NCBI GenBank assembly: GCA_964509735.1
Contig: CAZDYJ010000003.1
Location: 1 to 54,223 of the forward strand
Source: an uncultured Gammaproteobacteria bacterium
GTDB lineage: Bacteria > Patescibacteriota > Patescibacteriia > Patescibacteriales > UBA12465
Direction of reading: 5' to 3'
DNA length: 54,223 nucleotides
The stretch's first letter is position 1, and every line of letters starts with the position of its first letter. The notes beneath the pieces were generated by a model. That model made no database searches and was not told the origin of the DNA. It saw only the letters and a list, made by a program, of their open reading frames with translations. Of the stretch, positions 1 to 9,928 are shown piece after piece. The position numbers and the translations under genes were made by a program.

Positions 1-3000
1 CCTTCTCCAGACACATCTTTTTTATAACAACTAAGAGCTGGAACACTTTCCTCAAAGTCAAAATGAGCTGTTGTGTTTAAGCCAAGTTCTTTAATATCAC
101 TGTAATAATTCATGTTTGGTAAAGCATAGCCGCTAGCATTCTTATCTTTCTCAGGGTCAAAAACTCTCGACTCACCTTGAGAATAAGTAATAACATTAGC
201 ACATTGATTTTGTTCGTCTAAGGTATTACATTCCCCCAAGGAATAACATGAAGTGTGTCCTGTTTCAGTGTTTAAACCATAAGAGGTACAAGTTAACCAC
301 TTCGCACAAACTCTATCGGGGTTAACCTTTAATAACTGATTGGCATTATATGGTCCATAAGATAGAGCTGGAGATTTTCCGTCTAAAGTAGCGCTAGCGT
401 TATAAACATTTTTACTTAAACCAGAAGCACCGTTAATTGATCTCTCATTAAACAAAACACAACCACCATTAAAGTCAGTAACCGAGCAAGTTGATTTATT
501 AACACTATCTTTTATCTGATAATCAACTAATAATTCTTTTACCTCAACAACAACACCGCTATTACTTGACCTTGTTAACTTAGCCGAATAGTTATCAAAA
601 GTATTAAATATTATTGGCTGATTAGAGTCAGTTAACTTTAAGCTATTAGTTGGTGTGGCACTGAAATTATTATCGTTTCCTAATGTGCGTACAGAACTTC
701 TAGCAAATTCTAATTCTGAACCAGCAATATAAGTACCGCTTGTAGAATATTTTGCGCTAAATGAATAAAGCTTATTTCTTTCTAATTGAACTACTTGTTC
801 GTTTGCGGAAACTAACGCATTCATCCAAGAATCTTCCCCCCAACTTGGAACATTATTAGAGCCATAAACTTTATACTCAGGATTTCTAACTAAGTTTGGG
901 TTAAATTTACTAACTGGATCAATATACTCTGTACAGCCAGAAGAGTTAGCCTCACAAAGAGCCGTAGATTGATTTGGGACAGGGATAGCGCCGCCAGTTC
1001 CACCAAGACCAATGGTTTTTAAATAACTAACCGAACATTCGTAATCATTATTGTCAGTTATACAGGAGCCTCTTTCGCAATCAATATCGCTAGCGCAAAT
1101 ACTACCACTTGATTCTAAGCCGCTTATAAGGCCGTCACTATTAAAATCGCATCTTTTAACAGGAACCTTAAACCATGCTTTAGAAGAATTTAAAGGATCA
1201 TTACTGCTTCTAAAGATACACAAATTATTAACTGGGTCTTTAAAATAACTAATTCCCCCTGACTTCATTTTATATTCTTCACAACCAATATCACTATAAT
1301 TACAAAGAGAAATATCGTAATTATTAGGATTGTTTTTTCTAAATATATCAGACCATGTTAATCCAGCACCAACTCCACTTGCCTGCCCCATACGACTACA
1401 GCCCAAATCGGCTGACAAACAAGCCTTACTTCTATCATAAATAGCATAAACTACCGAATCTTTATCAACTTCGACGCAATCACTTTCGCCGCTATCACAA
1501 ACGCCATTTAAATTAGTATCATTCCAAACATTGCCAATAGGGGAGTTATAATTTTTTGTATCTATCATTTGCTCACAACCGACAGAATTCGAAGAACATA
1601 AAGTGCTAAAGTTATGAAGATAATGACTTAAGTTATCACGATCTCTATATTGAGCACAACCAAGATTATAATCTGGGCCTTGATAATTTCCTAAATTGTC
1701 ATAATAACAAATATCAGGAATTTTACTGCTACCTTTTTTCAAATAATATCTATCACTTATTTCGGTTATAACAATGTCGTCAATAATAACTGGTGCGTTA
1801 GCTGTAATGTTTAAAGTTCCGGTGGAACCTAAGTTTTTAAGCAAATTTTCTAAACTAACATTATAAATATTCCAAGATTCCCCGCCTTTTATGATAACTT
1901 GGGCATCCTCCTTACTTAAAGATGAGTTGAAATAATATTCTTCTCCGCTCTCTTCGTTTTTTAAGAAAATCCTAAGTTCTGTTTCTACTTGTGAACGGGC
2001 AATAAAGCGAACAGTATAACCATAACCCTCTCTAACATAAGAACCAAAATCAATTTTTGCCTTAACTCCGTCTTCAGATGGGCCGCATAAAGCTCCAAAA
2101 TTATATTGCAAAGATTGACCATTTTGCTCGTTAGAAATTTGACTATCAGAAACACCGCCAGAACAATTGCTGTACCAAGGGTTAATTCCTTGATTAAAGT
2201 CAAAAGAGCTAACTATTCTTGTGCTATTACCATTACTTCCATTATATTCACGACAACCATTATCTTTCTCCCCGCAAACCAATCCTTCGCTTGGAATAGC
2301 CTGATAGACACAAGAATTTTGACTATTATCCCAAATTCCGCCGTTTTTACAAACATAACAAACAGCAGCCGAAGAATTCCAATGTTTATCATTTCCGACA
2401 CAAGAAGTAGCACTTCTAATGTTTTTATCGATATTATTATTGCTTAAACGATAAGAATTACAATTTTCTGAACAAGTAACAACTTTAGATAATAAACGAT
2501 AAGAACTAGCTCCGCTGGCTGTTAAAAACTGCTTACAATCAGGATTATAATTAGGATCGCTAAGTGGCAAATTATAAACGTCAGAACAGTCGGCAGTCTC
2601 CTCATCGCCAATACTTAAAGGATTTCCGTCTACTCCTTTTTGCAAGGTATAGCGAGTTAAATCACCTAAGCCACCGTTTTCCCAGGCATAGTAATCACTA
2701 CATTTTGATTCATCTGGCTTAATACATTGTTTTAAGAAGACATAATATTCTCTACCTTCACCGCCCTTTGCTACTTCGTCTAAATTAGTAAATTCATTAC
2801 AACCAACGGCCTGTTGAGAACACTTTTCAGTTGCACTAGGAATAATATTTTCTGATTCCGCTGGATTAAAGTATGTTTCTCTGGCGATATATAAATCATA
2901 ACCAGAACATTCTTTAGGGCAATAATCGGAACTGGCAACTTGAGCTGGAACCTTTAAATTACTATAAACTCCAGTATATAGTTCACAACCAACCTCGCTA

Positions 3001-5882
3001 GCATTACATTTTCTAGCATAATTTAAACAAACACTTGGAGCATTATCTTTTAAAGAATAATTTTTACTTGCAGAAATTGTATCAACATAACAAGCTTCTT
3101 CTAAATATCTTGGTAAAAGTTTTTGATTAACCTTATAAGCACCATAAGTACTATAAGCTGTTGACCAATCACCTAATTCAAATTTTATATTTTTAACATA
3201 AGCTACAGCGTTTCCGCCAGACAAATTATCAGCAGTAATTAAGAAGTCAGGATTTGAAAAACCTAAAGGAGAAGAGGCTGTAACTGAAATGCTATACCAC
3301 TGACCACGAGTAGAGATAGAGCTAGTTACTTGTCTATCACCTGGGTTAATAATTAATCGGACATTATTACCTTCGGCCAAATAAACATCAGCACTTAATG
3401 TATAGTTTTGATTGGCTAAAATTTGTAAATTATCAGGGAAAATATTAGCGGTTGAACGAACAGAGCCTAAGCCGGCACCACTTATTTTTAAAACCTTTGC
3501 ACTTACCTGTTCGTAAATTTCATCGGAAATATCAACAATACTAGCACTTCCAGTTATTAACCAGCTGGACAAAAGCCCTTCCGGGGAACTTGGCGGAAAT
3601 AAAAATTCAGAATCAATAATCAAATTACTTCCCCATGTTGGCTTAACGCGCATTAATTCTGTGCATCCCTCAGCCGAAGAATTACAAGATTGTAAATTCT
3701 TATTTAAAAACAAGCTATAATTAGTATCCCAAGTAACTGTACCATTAGCATTATAAGCACCGAAAGTTGAATATCTTTTACAACCAGAGTTGTCGGCGTT
3801 ACAATTTCCGTAATCAATTGTGTTTTCTAAATAGGAAACTGTCTGATTATTAGAGATATTGGTAAATGACTGACAAGTGTTGGCAATCGGAGAACAAGTT
3901 TTATTATTAAATTCCCAAGTTCTCTTTTCCTCAGTACAATACCCGTAAAGATCACAACCGCCGTTTACACCTTCTTTAATACAACTTTGATTATCGGCGC
4001 AATAATTATCATCTCTTAAAATCATTAATTCACTTAAAATATCAGCTGTATTTGGAATATCTTTTATTCCTGGAACAACAAATGAATTTAAAATCTGAGA
4101 ACCTGCTCCTTCCCTTTTGCAATAATTAAGAGGGGCTTTTAGGACCCACTTCGGATCTACTAAACCATGACACCAGGCAAGGTCTCTTTGCTCAAAGTTT
4201 GAACTGAATTTATCGTACTCATCGTTTTGATCAAAGCAAGCAATAAGATCACCCAGGGTAGCATTTTTCGGCTCTTCGCCATCTTTAAAAGCTCTTTCAA
4301 TTGCCACCTCGAAGCCAAGAGGTAAAATACGATATTTTCTTAAAATTTTTACATTTCTTAAAGAAAAATGATTATTTTGTGCACCCGGAGAATAATCATA
4401 TTCTATTTTCCAGTCAGCATTTAAATAACCGTCTTTTATGGCATCGCCAACTGTTTTTTGTTCAATAATTGCTTGCATGAACCTATCATTTATAACGCAA
4501 TTATTTGGACCAGGGTTGTTTGGGTCGATACAGGCAGATAAATCGCTTAAAATACTATAATCGCTTTTGGTGTCAAATTGTGGCTCAAGGAGAATCCTGG
4601 TTTTTTCACGCATTAAAGATTCGCCAAAAGCAAGATTTGGGTCAGCAGCATAATCAGTTAATGAAGCAGAGTCCTTTTTATCGGTTAAACTGCGCATTAA
4701 ATTATTATAAGCAGTAATTGCTAATTGATTTAAAAATATATTAGCCGCATCAACTAAAACATCGCCTGTGGTTTTGCCAAAATTCTCTACTCTAATTGCC
4801 CTGGCTTCAGCCTCAGCTTCTCTGGCTGCTTGAGGTGTTCCTTGAATAATGCCAGCAATATCTCTAACTTCTAACCAACCTTGATTTGCTTGTAATCCGC
4901 TATGAGCTACTGAGGCTTCTTTGGTTTTTGTTTCCTCAAGGTCAACTTGAGCCATCATGTAAATACTTAAATCATTACCTCGAGGATCAAAATAACTACC
5001 AAAATTATTAAAGAATGTTCCATCCTGAATAGATTTTAATTTATTATAATAACCCGCAACCCCATCTCCCCAATTACTAATTATATCTGTTGCAGTACAA
5101 TTTGGATCAGCCGGACGAGTGTAGTCAACCAAGCCTAAAGAAATTTTTAGCTTAGCCTCCATGGAAGACGGCTGACAAACATTAAAAGAATTAGCATCTT
5201 GGCCTTTATCTACAACTCTGGTGGCACCAAAGGCTTGTTGACTAGAGCAATTTGTAGCTGCTTTACCGCATTCATCGTAACAAGTTCCTCTTAGCTGCAT
5301 AGAAGCAAGACCAGAAGTAAAAGTCTGTTCTGGGTATAAAGATGTTGTCTTATTAGTCTTATCCTCCACCTTTTTAACACTAAACCCCGTTAAACTACCG
5401 TTATTATCTTTCTTATAGCAGTCTTCATAACAAGCTTTTGTCATAGCCTCACAGCTTCCTTGTTCACCATCTTTTCCAGAAAAATCCAAATTCTGAACAA
5501 AGTTTTCTAAAAATTGTCCAGCCGCTGCATCTCCGACATTTTTCAAATAAGTTCCCCAGTCTTCTTTTATATAAAGCGAGTCCTGCCCTCTCCCTCCTGA
5601 ACCGATATAACTAGCGGCGTCATAAGCTATTTTATTTAAAGAAGCACTTAAAGTTCTTTGAAATGCTAAAGAGCCAGCCTTTTGAATAGCTTTACCTATT
5701 TTTGTTTCAAAAAAACTTTTTATTGCCTGAGCTAAAGCACCAGGATCAGAAACAACTGCTTGAGCAGATACTTGTCTTGGAGCAATCGAAAAAGAAAAAA
5801 CAATTGCTAAAGCAATAAAAGAAAAAATTGTTTTCTTTAAAAGTCCTTTTTCATCTTTTTTATTAAAAAATCTGACTTTCAT
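1..5882 (-). CDS. Giant exported Cys-rich surface protein; 5' end complete, 3' end runs off the left edge of the window (at least 1960 aa)
   Basis: Hand translation: ATG at 5882-5880 and no in-frame stop down to base 1. N-terminal signal/anchor MKVRFFNKKDEKGLLKKTIFSFIALAIVFSFSIAPRQVSAQA. About 70 Cys by hand count and nine C-x5-G-C-x-x-[YFLM] motifs. Not listed in the ORF track, presumably because it has no in-window stop. Confidence 0.85.
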   Translation of the reverse strand, partial: MKVRFFNKKDEKGLLKKTIFSFIALAIVFSFSIAPRQVSAQAVVSDPGALAQAIKSFFETKIGKAIQKAGSLAFQRTLSASLNKIAYDAASYIGSGGRGQDSLYIKEDWGTYLKNVGDAAAGQFLENFVQNLDFSGKDGEQGSCEAMTKACYEDCYKKDNNGSLTGFSVKKVEDKTNKTTSLYPEQTFTSGLASMQLRGTCYDECGKAATNCSSQQAFGATRVVDKGQDANSFNVCQPSSMEAKLKISLGLVDYTRPADPNCTATDIISNWGDGVAGYYNKLKSIQDGTFFNNFGSYFDPRGNDLSIYMMAQVDLEETKTKEASVAHSGLQANQGWLEVRDIAGIIQGTPQAAREAEAEARAIRVENFGKTTGDVLVDAANIFLNQLAITAYNNLMRSLTDKKDSASLTDYAADPNLAFGESLMREKTRILLEPQFDTKSDYSILSDLSACIDPNNPGPNNCVINDRFMQAIIEQKTVGDAIKDGYLNADWKIEYDYSPGAQNNHFSLRNVKILRKYRILPLGFEVAIERAFKDGEEPKNATLGDLIACFDQNDEYDKFSSNFEQRDLAWCHGLVDPKWVLKAPLNYCKREGAGSQILNSFVVPGIKDIPNTADILSELMILRDDNYCADNQSCIKEGVNGGCDLYGYCTEEKRTWEFNNKTCSPIANTCQSFTNISNNQTVSYLENTIDYGNCNADNSGCKRYSTFGAYNANGTVTWDTNYSLFLNKNLQSCNSSAEGCTELMRVKPTWGSNLIIDSEFLFPPSSPEGLLSSWLITGSASIVDISDEIYEQVSAKVLKISGAGLGSVRSTANIFPDNLQILANQNYTLSADVYLAEGNNVRLIINPGDRQVTSSISTRGQWYSISVTASSPLGFSNPDFLITADNLSGGNAVAYVKNIKFELGDWSTAYSTYGAYKVNQKLLPRYLEEACYVDTISASKNYSLKDNAPSVCLNYARKCNASEVGCELYTGVYSNLKVPAQVASSDYCPKECSGYDLYIARETYFNPAESENIIPSATEKCSQQAVGCNEFTNLDEVAKGGEGREYYVFLKQCIKPDESKCSDYYAWENGGLGDLTRYTLQKGVDGNPLSIGDEETADCSDVYNLPLSDPNYNPDCKQFLTASGASSYRLLSKVVTCSENCNSYRLSNNNIDKNIRSATSCVGNDKHWNSSAAVCYVCKNGGIWDNSQNSCVYQAIPSEGLVCGEKDNGCREYNGSNGNSTRIVSSFDFNQGINPWYSNCSGGVSDSQISNEQNGQSLQYNFGALCGPSEDGVKAKIDFGSYVREGYGYTVRFIARSQVETELRIFLKNEESGEEYYFNSSLSKEDAQVIIKGGESWNIYNVSLENLLKNLGSTGTLNITANAPVIIDDIVITEISDRYYLKKGSSKIPDICYYDNLGNYQGPDYNLGCAQYRDRDNLSHYLHNFSTLCSSNSVGCEQMIDTKNYNSPIGNVWNDTNLNGVCDSGESDCVEVDKDSVVYAIYDRSKACLSADLGCSRMGQASGVGAGLTWSDIFRKNNPNNYDISLCNYSDIGCEEYKMKSGGISYFKDPVNNLCIFRSSNDPLNSSKAWFKVPVKRCDFNSDGLISGLESSGSICASDIDCERGSCITDNNDYECSVSYLKTIGLGGTGGAIPVPNQSTALCEANSSGCTEYIDPVSKFNPNLVRNPEYKVYGSNNVPSWGEDSWMNALVSANEQVVQLERNKLYSFSAKYSTSGTYIAGSELEFARSSVRTLGNDNNFSATPTNSLKLTDSNQPIIFNTFDNYSAKLTRSSNSGVVVEVKELLVDYQIKDSVNKSTCSVTDFNGGCVLFNERSINGASGLSKNVYNASATLDGKSPALSYGPYNANQLLKVNPDRVCAKWLTCTSYGLNTETGHTSCYSLGECNTLDEQNQCANVITYSQGESRVFDPEKDKNASGYALPNMNYYSDIKELGLNTTAHFDFEESVPALSCYKKDVSGE

Positions 5883-5924
5883 TTTTTTAAATATTATGAA
5901 ATTTTTATTATAAAATATTTAAGG

Positions 5925-6593
5925 CTATTCTTCCATTTTAGAAACCATAGCTTCTAAATAAATAGCTTGTAAATCTTCGTCACTTATTAAATCAAGTTGT
6001 TCTTGGCTAAAACCGTTTACCAACATTAACTCTCTTAAAACAGAAATATTAATTTCTCCACTGACAACTGAATTTAAAAACTCCTCATCTTCATTATTAA
6101 CTGATAAAATATTCTCATTTTCTGAGGGTAAATTTAACTGAGTATTGCTAGTAGAAGCAGTTTCGGAAAAATTATCATTTCCGGAACAATTTTCTCCTTC
6201 AGCACACTTGGGATCGCTTCCGTAAACAAATATTTCATCATAATCACTTCGACCATCACTATCGGTATCTTCTAAGTATGGGGAGGTTTTATGAATGTAT
6301 ATTTCATCATAATCAGATAGCCCATCTCCGTCTGTATCCATGCTCATTAAAACGGCCGTATGAAATTCTACAGCTTCTTGTTGACTGGCTGGAATAGCAG
6401 CTTCTCCGCCATAACGAAAAGGAGATCTAATTCGATTAATGAATTGTAAAACTCCTAAAGTTATAAAAAAAACGCCAAAGATAGCCAGAAAAATTACTGC
6501 TATTTTTTGCGTTTTTTCTTTTTTTTCCTGATTTGGATCTCGGCCTTCTTTTAACGAAAAATCGGGCTGATAATTATTTTCCAGCATAATCAA
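5925..6593 (-). CDS. Membrane-anchored protein with thrombospondin type-3-like Ca-binding repeats
   Basis: Single TM segment (IAVIFLAIFGVFFITLGVLQF), then DTDGDGLSDYDE and DTDSDGRSDYDE repeats (DxDxDGxxDxxE). Same strand as the giant ORF and 42 nt upstream of it. Confidence 0.7.
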   Translation of the reverse strand: MIMLENNYQPDFSLKEGRDPNQEKKEKTQKIAVIFLAIFGVFFITLGVLQFINRIRSPFRYGGEAAIPASQQEAVEFHTAVLMSMDTDGDGLSDYDEIYIHKTSPYLEDTDSDGRSDYDEIFVYGSDPKCAEGENCSGNDNFSETASTSNTQLNLPSENENILSVNNEDEEFLNSVVSGEINISVLRELMLVNGFSQEQLDLISDEDLQAIYLEAMVSKMEE

Positions 6594-6615
6594 TTAAAAT
6601 AAAATTTCAATTAAA

Positions 6616-7476
6616 TTATACCATAAAACCGCGGAAGGTCGCAAACATTTTTTTAAAATCTTCTAAACTTAAACGTTCCGCTCGAAGAGATGCTTCAATA
6701 TTAGATTTTTTTAATAATTCTTCCACTAAAGACATCTCTATTTTTAACCCAGCCGCTAAATTATTTTTTATCATTTTTCTCTTGGCGCTAAAAACAATTC
6801 GAGCTAAGCGAAAAAAAATTTTATCCTCGTTAATATTAAAATTCTCTGGTTTTAAAACTATTTTTATAACCGAACTATCTACTTCTGGCTCGGGCCAAAA
6901 GTTACCTGCTTTTACCTCTCTGATAATTTTTGCTTGACCGTAATAAGCAATGGATAAAGCTAATAAATTATTATCCGGTACATCAGAAATAATTCTCGCG
7001 GCCACTTCTTTTTGAAGCATTAAAGTTAAAGACTCTGGTTTTATTTTAGAAGATAAAACTGTTCTTAAAAAAATTGAGCTTATATTATAAGGCAAATTAG
7101 CGACTATTTTAAATTTAGGCACTTCTTTATAACCCGTTTCTGTAAAATATTTTTCTAAATCAAATTTAAGTATATCTTCATTTATAATCTCAATATTAGA
7201 AGCTCCTTGAGAATCAACAGCCATGCGAAGGTAATTAGCTAATTTATCATCAAGCTCAACAGCAATAACTTTTTTAGCCACTTTTGACAATTTAGCGGTT
7301 AAAAATCCTAAACCAGGACCAATCTCTAAAACTATATCGTCATTATTTATTTCTGCGGCCTTAACAATATCGTCATAAATTTTTTCATTAATTAAAAAAT
7401 TCTGACCCTTTGAGCGGCTAGGTTTTATCTCCATTAAACGACAAATTTCTCTGGTTTTTTTTAATATTTCTGACAT
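6616..7476 (-). CDS. rsmA: 16S rRNA (adenine1518/1519-N6)-dimethyltransferase RsmA/KsgA
   Basis: GQNFL, SAM-binding VLEIGPGLGFLT and NLPYNI motifs. Abuts the leuS stop with no gap. Confidence 0.9.
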   Translation of the reverse strand: MSEILKKTREICRLMEIKPSRSKGQNFLINEKIYDDIVKAAEINNDDIVLEIGPGLGFLTAKLSKVAKKVIAVELDDKLANYLRMAVDSQGASNIEIINEDILKFDLEKYFTETGYKEVPKFKIVANLPYNISSIFLRTVLSSKIKPESLTLMLQKEVAARIISDVPDNNLLALSIAYYGQAKIIREVKAGNFWPEPEVDSSVIKIVLKPENFNINEDKIFFRLARIVFSAKRKMIKNNLAAGLKIEMSLVEELLKKSNIEASLRAERLSLEDFKKMFATFRGFMV

Positions 7477-9909
7477 TTATTTAATAACTATGTTTAATAT
7501 TTTAGAAGGAACAAAAATTTTCTTAACAACTTCTACGTTTTTTAAGTATGTCGATATTTTTTCATCAGCCATGGCTAAAGAAAAAACTTCAGACTCTAAT
7601 ATATCAACAGGAACAAGTAAGGTTCCTCTTAATTTTCCGTTAATCTGAATAGCTAAATTAACATTTTTATCTTTAATTAAATCTTCAGAAAAATTCGGCC
7701 AAGTATTTTCAAAAACACTTCCCTTGCCACCAGCTCTTTCCCATAATTCCTCAGATAAATGAGGCACAAAAGGAGACAGTATTTTAATAAACATAAGCCA
7801 GTTTTCCAAACTAAGAGGTGCTTTTAAGTTTTTATTTTTATAGTAAGTAATTTCATTTACTAAAATCATCATTGCCGAAACAGCGGTATTAAAAGCAAAA
7901 TTTTCAATATCTTCTCCCACTTTTTTAATAGTTTTATGAAGAAGTGATAAAACTTTTTCATCATCTTTTTCCGGCTCAATAAAATCAAGAGAAAAATTTT
8001 CAATTTTCTCTAAAAACTTTCTTGTGCCTACTAAACCATTTGAATTCCAATCAACTGCTTGAGCAAAAGGACCCATAAACATCTCGTAAACACGCAAAGA
8101 ATCTGCTCCATGGCTGTCAGCAATATCACTCGGATTAATAACATTACCCCAACGTTTAGACATTTTTCGACCATCTTCTCCCATGATTAAACCGACATGT
8201 TGTAATTTTGTAAACGGTTCTTCATAGGATACTGCGCCAATATCAAATAAAAACTTATGCCAAAAACGAGCATAAATTAAATGTCTAGTAGCATGCTCTG
8301 CTCCGCCAACATAGAAATCAACTGGCGACCAATATTTTTCCTTATCTTTATCAACCAAAGCTTCGCTATTTTTTGGATCTATGTAACGCAAATAATACCA
8401 ACAAGAGCCACCCCATTGTGGCATGGTATTAGTTTCTCGTTGAGCCGGGCCACCGCATTTTGGACAATCTGTATTAAGCCAATTGGTAATTGTTGCTAAA
8501 GGAGATTCGCCAGTCCCACTCGGTTCGTAATTTTCTACTTCTGGAAGTTTTAAAGGTAGTTCGCTTTCAGGTAAAGCCACTACACCACATTTCTCACAAT
8601 GAACAAGCGGAATAGGCTCACCCCAATATCTTTGTCTGGAAAAAACCCAGTCCTTAATTTTATAGTTTATTTTTCTTGTCCCATTTTTTGTTTCCTCTAA
8701 GAAATCAATCATTTTAGAACGAGCTTCGGAAGATTTAAGCTTAGTAAAATCATTAGAATTAATCAGAATTCCGTCTTCAGTAAAAGCCTGTAAATTTATA
8801 TCTAATTCTTTATTTTCTGACAAGATAACTGTTTTTATAGGTAAATCATATTTCTTGGCAAATTCAAAATCTCTTTCATCGTGAGCTGGAACGGCCATAA
8901 CTGCCCCAGTTCCATAAGAATTTAAAACATAGTCAGCAATAAAAATAGGAATAAGTTCGCCGTTAAAAGGATTTACAGCTTTTAGTCCTTCTAAAATAAC
9001 GCCACTTTTATCTTTATTTAAATCGGTTCTCTGTAAATCACTTTTATTTTTTACTGTTTCGACATAAGCTAAAACATCTTTATAATTTACAATCGAATCT
9101 TTTAATTTTTCAACTAATTTATTTTCTGGAGCTATAACCACATAAGTACAACCAAAAATTGTATCAACTCTGGTTGTAAAAACTTTAATTATTTCCTCTC
9201 TATTTTCAATTTTAAAATCAATTTCTGCTCCTTCGCTACGACCAATCCAGTTTCTCTGCATTTCTTTTATTGAATCCTCCCAGCCTGGTAATTTATCTAA
9301 ATCATAAAGCAATCTATCGGCATAGTCAGTTATTTTTAGAACCCATTGGCGCATAGGCTTCTGTTCTACTTCGCTGCCACATCTTTCACATAAACCATTT
9401 TCTAAATCTTCGTTAGCGAGTCCTGTCTGACAAGACGGACACCAATTTATAGGTTCATGAGATTCATAAGCTAAACCTTTTTTAAACATTTGCAAAAATA
9501 TCCACTGTGTCCATTTATAATATTCTGGATCTGTAGTATTTACTTCTCTTTCCCAGTCATAAGAAAAGCCCAATCTTTCTAATTGTTTTTTAAAATAAGC
9601 AATATTATCGTCTGTTGCTTTTTTGGGATGAATTTTATTTTTTATAGCGTAATTTTCTGCTGGCAAGCCAAAAGCATCCCAGCCCATGGGATGTAGAACA
9701 TTAAATCCTTTAAGTCTTTTATAACGAGCAAAAATGTCAGTAGCGATATAGCCTTTTGGATGTCCGACATGAAGACCTGCTCCAGAAGGATAAGGAAACA
9801 TGTCTAAAATATAGTATTTTGGCTTATTTCTGTCTTCTTGAGTCCGATATAAGCCATTTTCCTGCCATTTTTTCTGCCATTTTTTCTCTAAATTCTTATG
9901 ATCGTACAT
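7477..9909 (-). CDS. leuS: Leucyl-tRNA synthetase
   Basis: 810 aa. HIGH-type motif (PYPSGAGLHVGHP), KMSKR (KMSKS motif) and Zn-type CPSC/CERCG cysteines. Confidence 0.97.
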   Translation of the reverse strand: MYDHKNLEKKWQKKWQENGLYRTQEDRNKPKYYILDMFPYPSGAGLHVGHPKGYIATDIFARYKRLKGFNVLHPMGWDAFGLPAENYAIKNKIHPKKATDDNIAYFKKQLERLGFSYDWEREVNTTDPEYYKWTQWIFLQMFKKGLAYESHEPINWCPSCQTGLANEDLENGLCERCGSEVEQKPMRQWVLKITDYADRLLYDLDKLPGWEDSIKEMQRNWIGRSEGAEIDFKIENREEIIKVFTTRVDTIFGCTYVVIAPENKLVEKLKDSIVNYKDVLAYVETVKNKSDLQRTDLNKDKSGVILEGLKAVNPFNGELIPIFIADYVLNSYGTGAVMAVPAHDERDFEFAKKYDLPIKTVILSENKELDINLQAFTEDGILINSNDFTKLKSSEARSKMIDFLEETKNGTRKINYKIKDWVFSRQRYWGEPIPLVHCEKCGVVALPESELPLKLPEVENYEPSGTGESPLATITNWLNTDCPKCGGPAQRETNTMPQWGGSCWYYLRYIDPKNSEALVDKDKEKYWSPVDFYVGGAEHATRHLIYARFWHKFLFDIGAVSYEEPFTKLQHVGLIMGEDGRKMSKRWGNVINPSDIADSHGADSLRVYEMFMGPFAQAVDWNSNGLVGTRKFLEKIENFSLDFIEPEKDDEKVLSLLHKTIKKVGEDIENFAFNTAVSAMMILVNEITYYKNKNLKAPLSLENWLMFIKILSPFVPHLSEELWERAGGKGSVFENTWPNFSEDLIKDKNVNLAIQINGKLRGTLLVPVDILESEVFSLAMADEKISTYLKNVEVVKKIFVPSKILNIVIK

Positions 9910-9928
9910 ATATTTCTAATAAAATCTA

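Noticed and set aside
1051-4717. Short track ORFs inside the first 5.9 kb (1051-1248+, 1985-2203-, 2106-2447+, 2213-2413-, 4505-4717+).
   Set aside because: All lie within the giant ORF, either antisense to it or out of frame with it. Their translations are low-complexity and they have no start context. They are shadow ORFs.
1-5882. With no long ORF in the track for 5.9 kb, I considered non-coding DNA, a pseudogene, or an alternative genetic code (code 25 or 4, as in some CPR lineages).
   Set aside because: The minus strand reads as one uninterrupted frame in the standard code. Elsewhere TGA clearly terminates genes, for example the murI TGA inside the ATGA overlap at 53064-53067. No recoding is needed, and the ORF is simply open at the window edge.
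9910-9928. A T-box or other leader upstream of leuS.
   Set aside because: The intergenic space to xth is only 19 nt, too short for any riboswitch or T-box. leuS is probably co-transcribed with xth.
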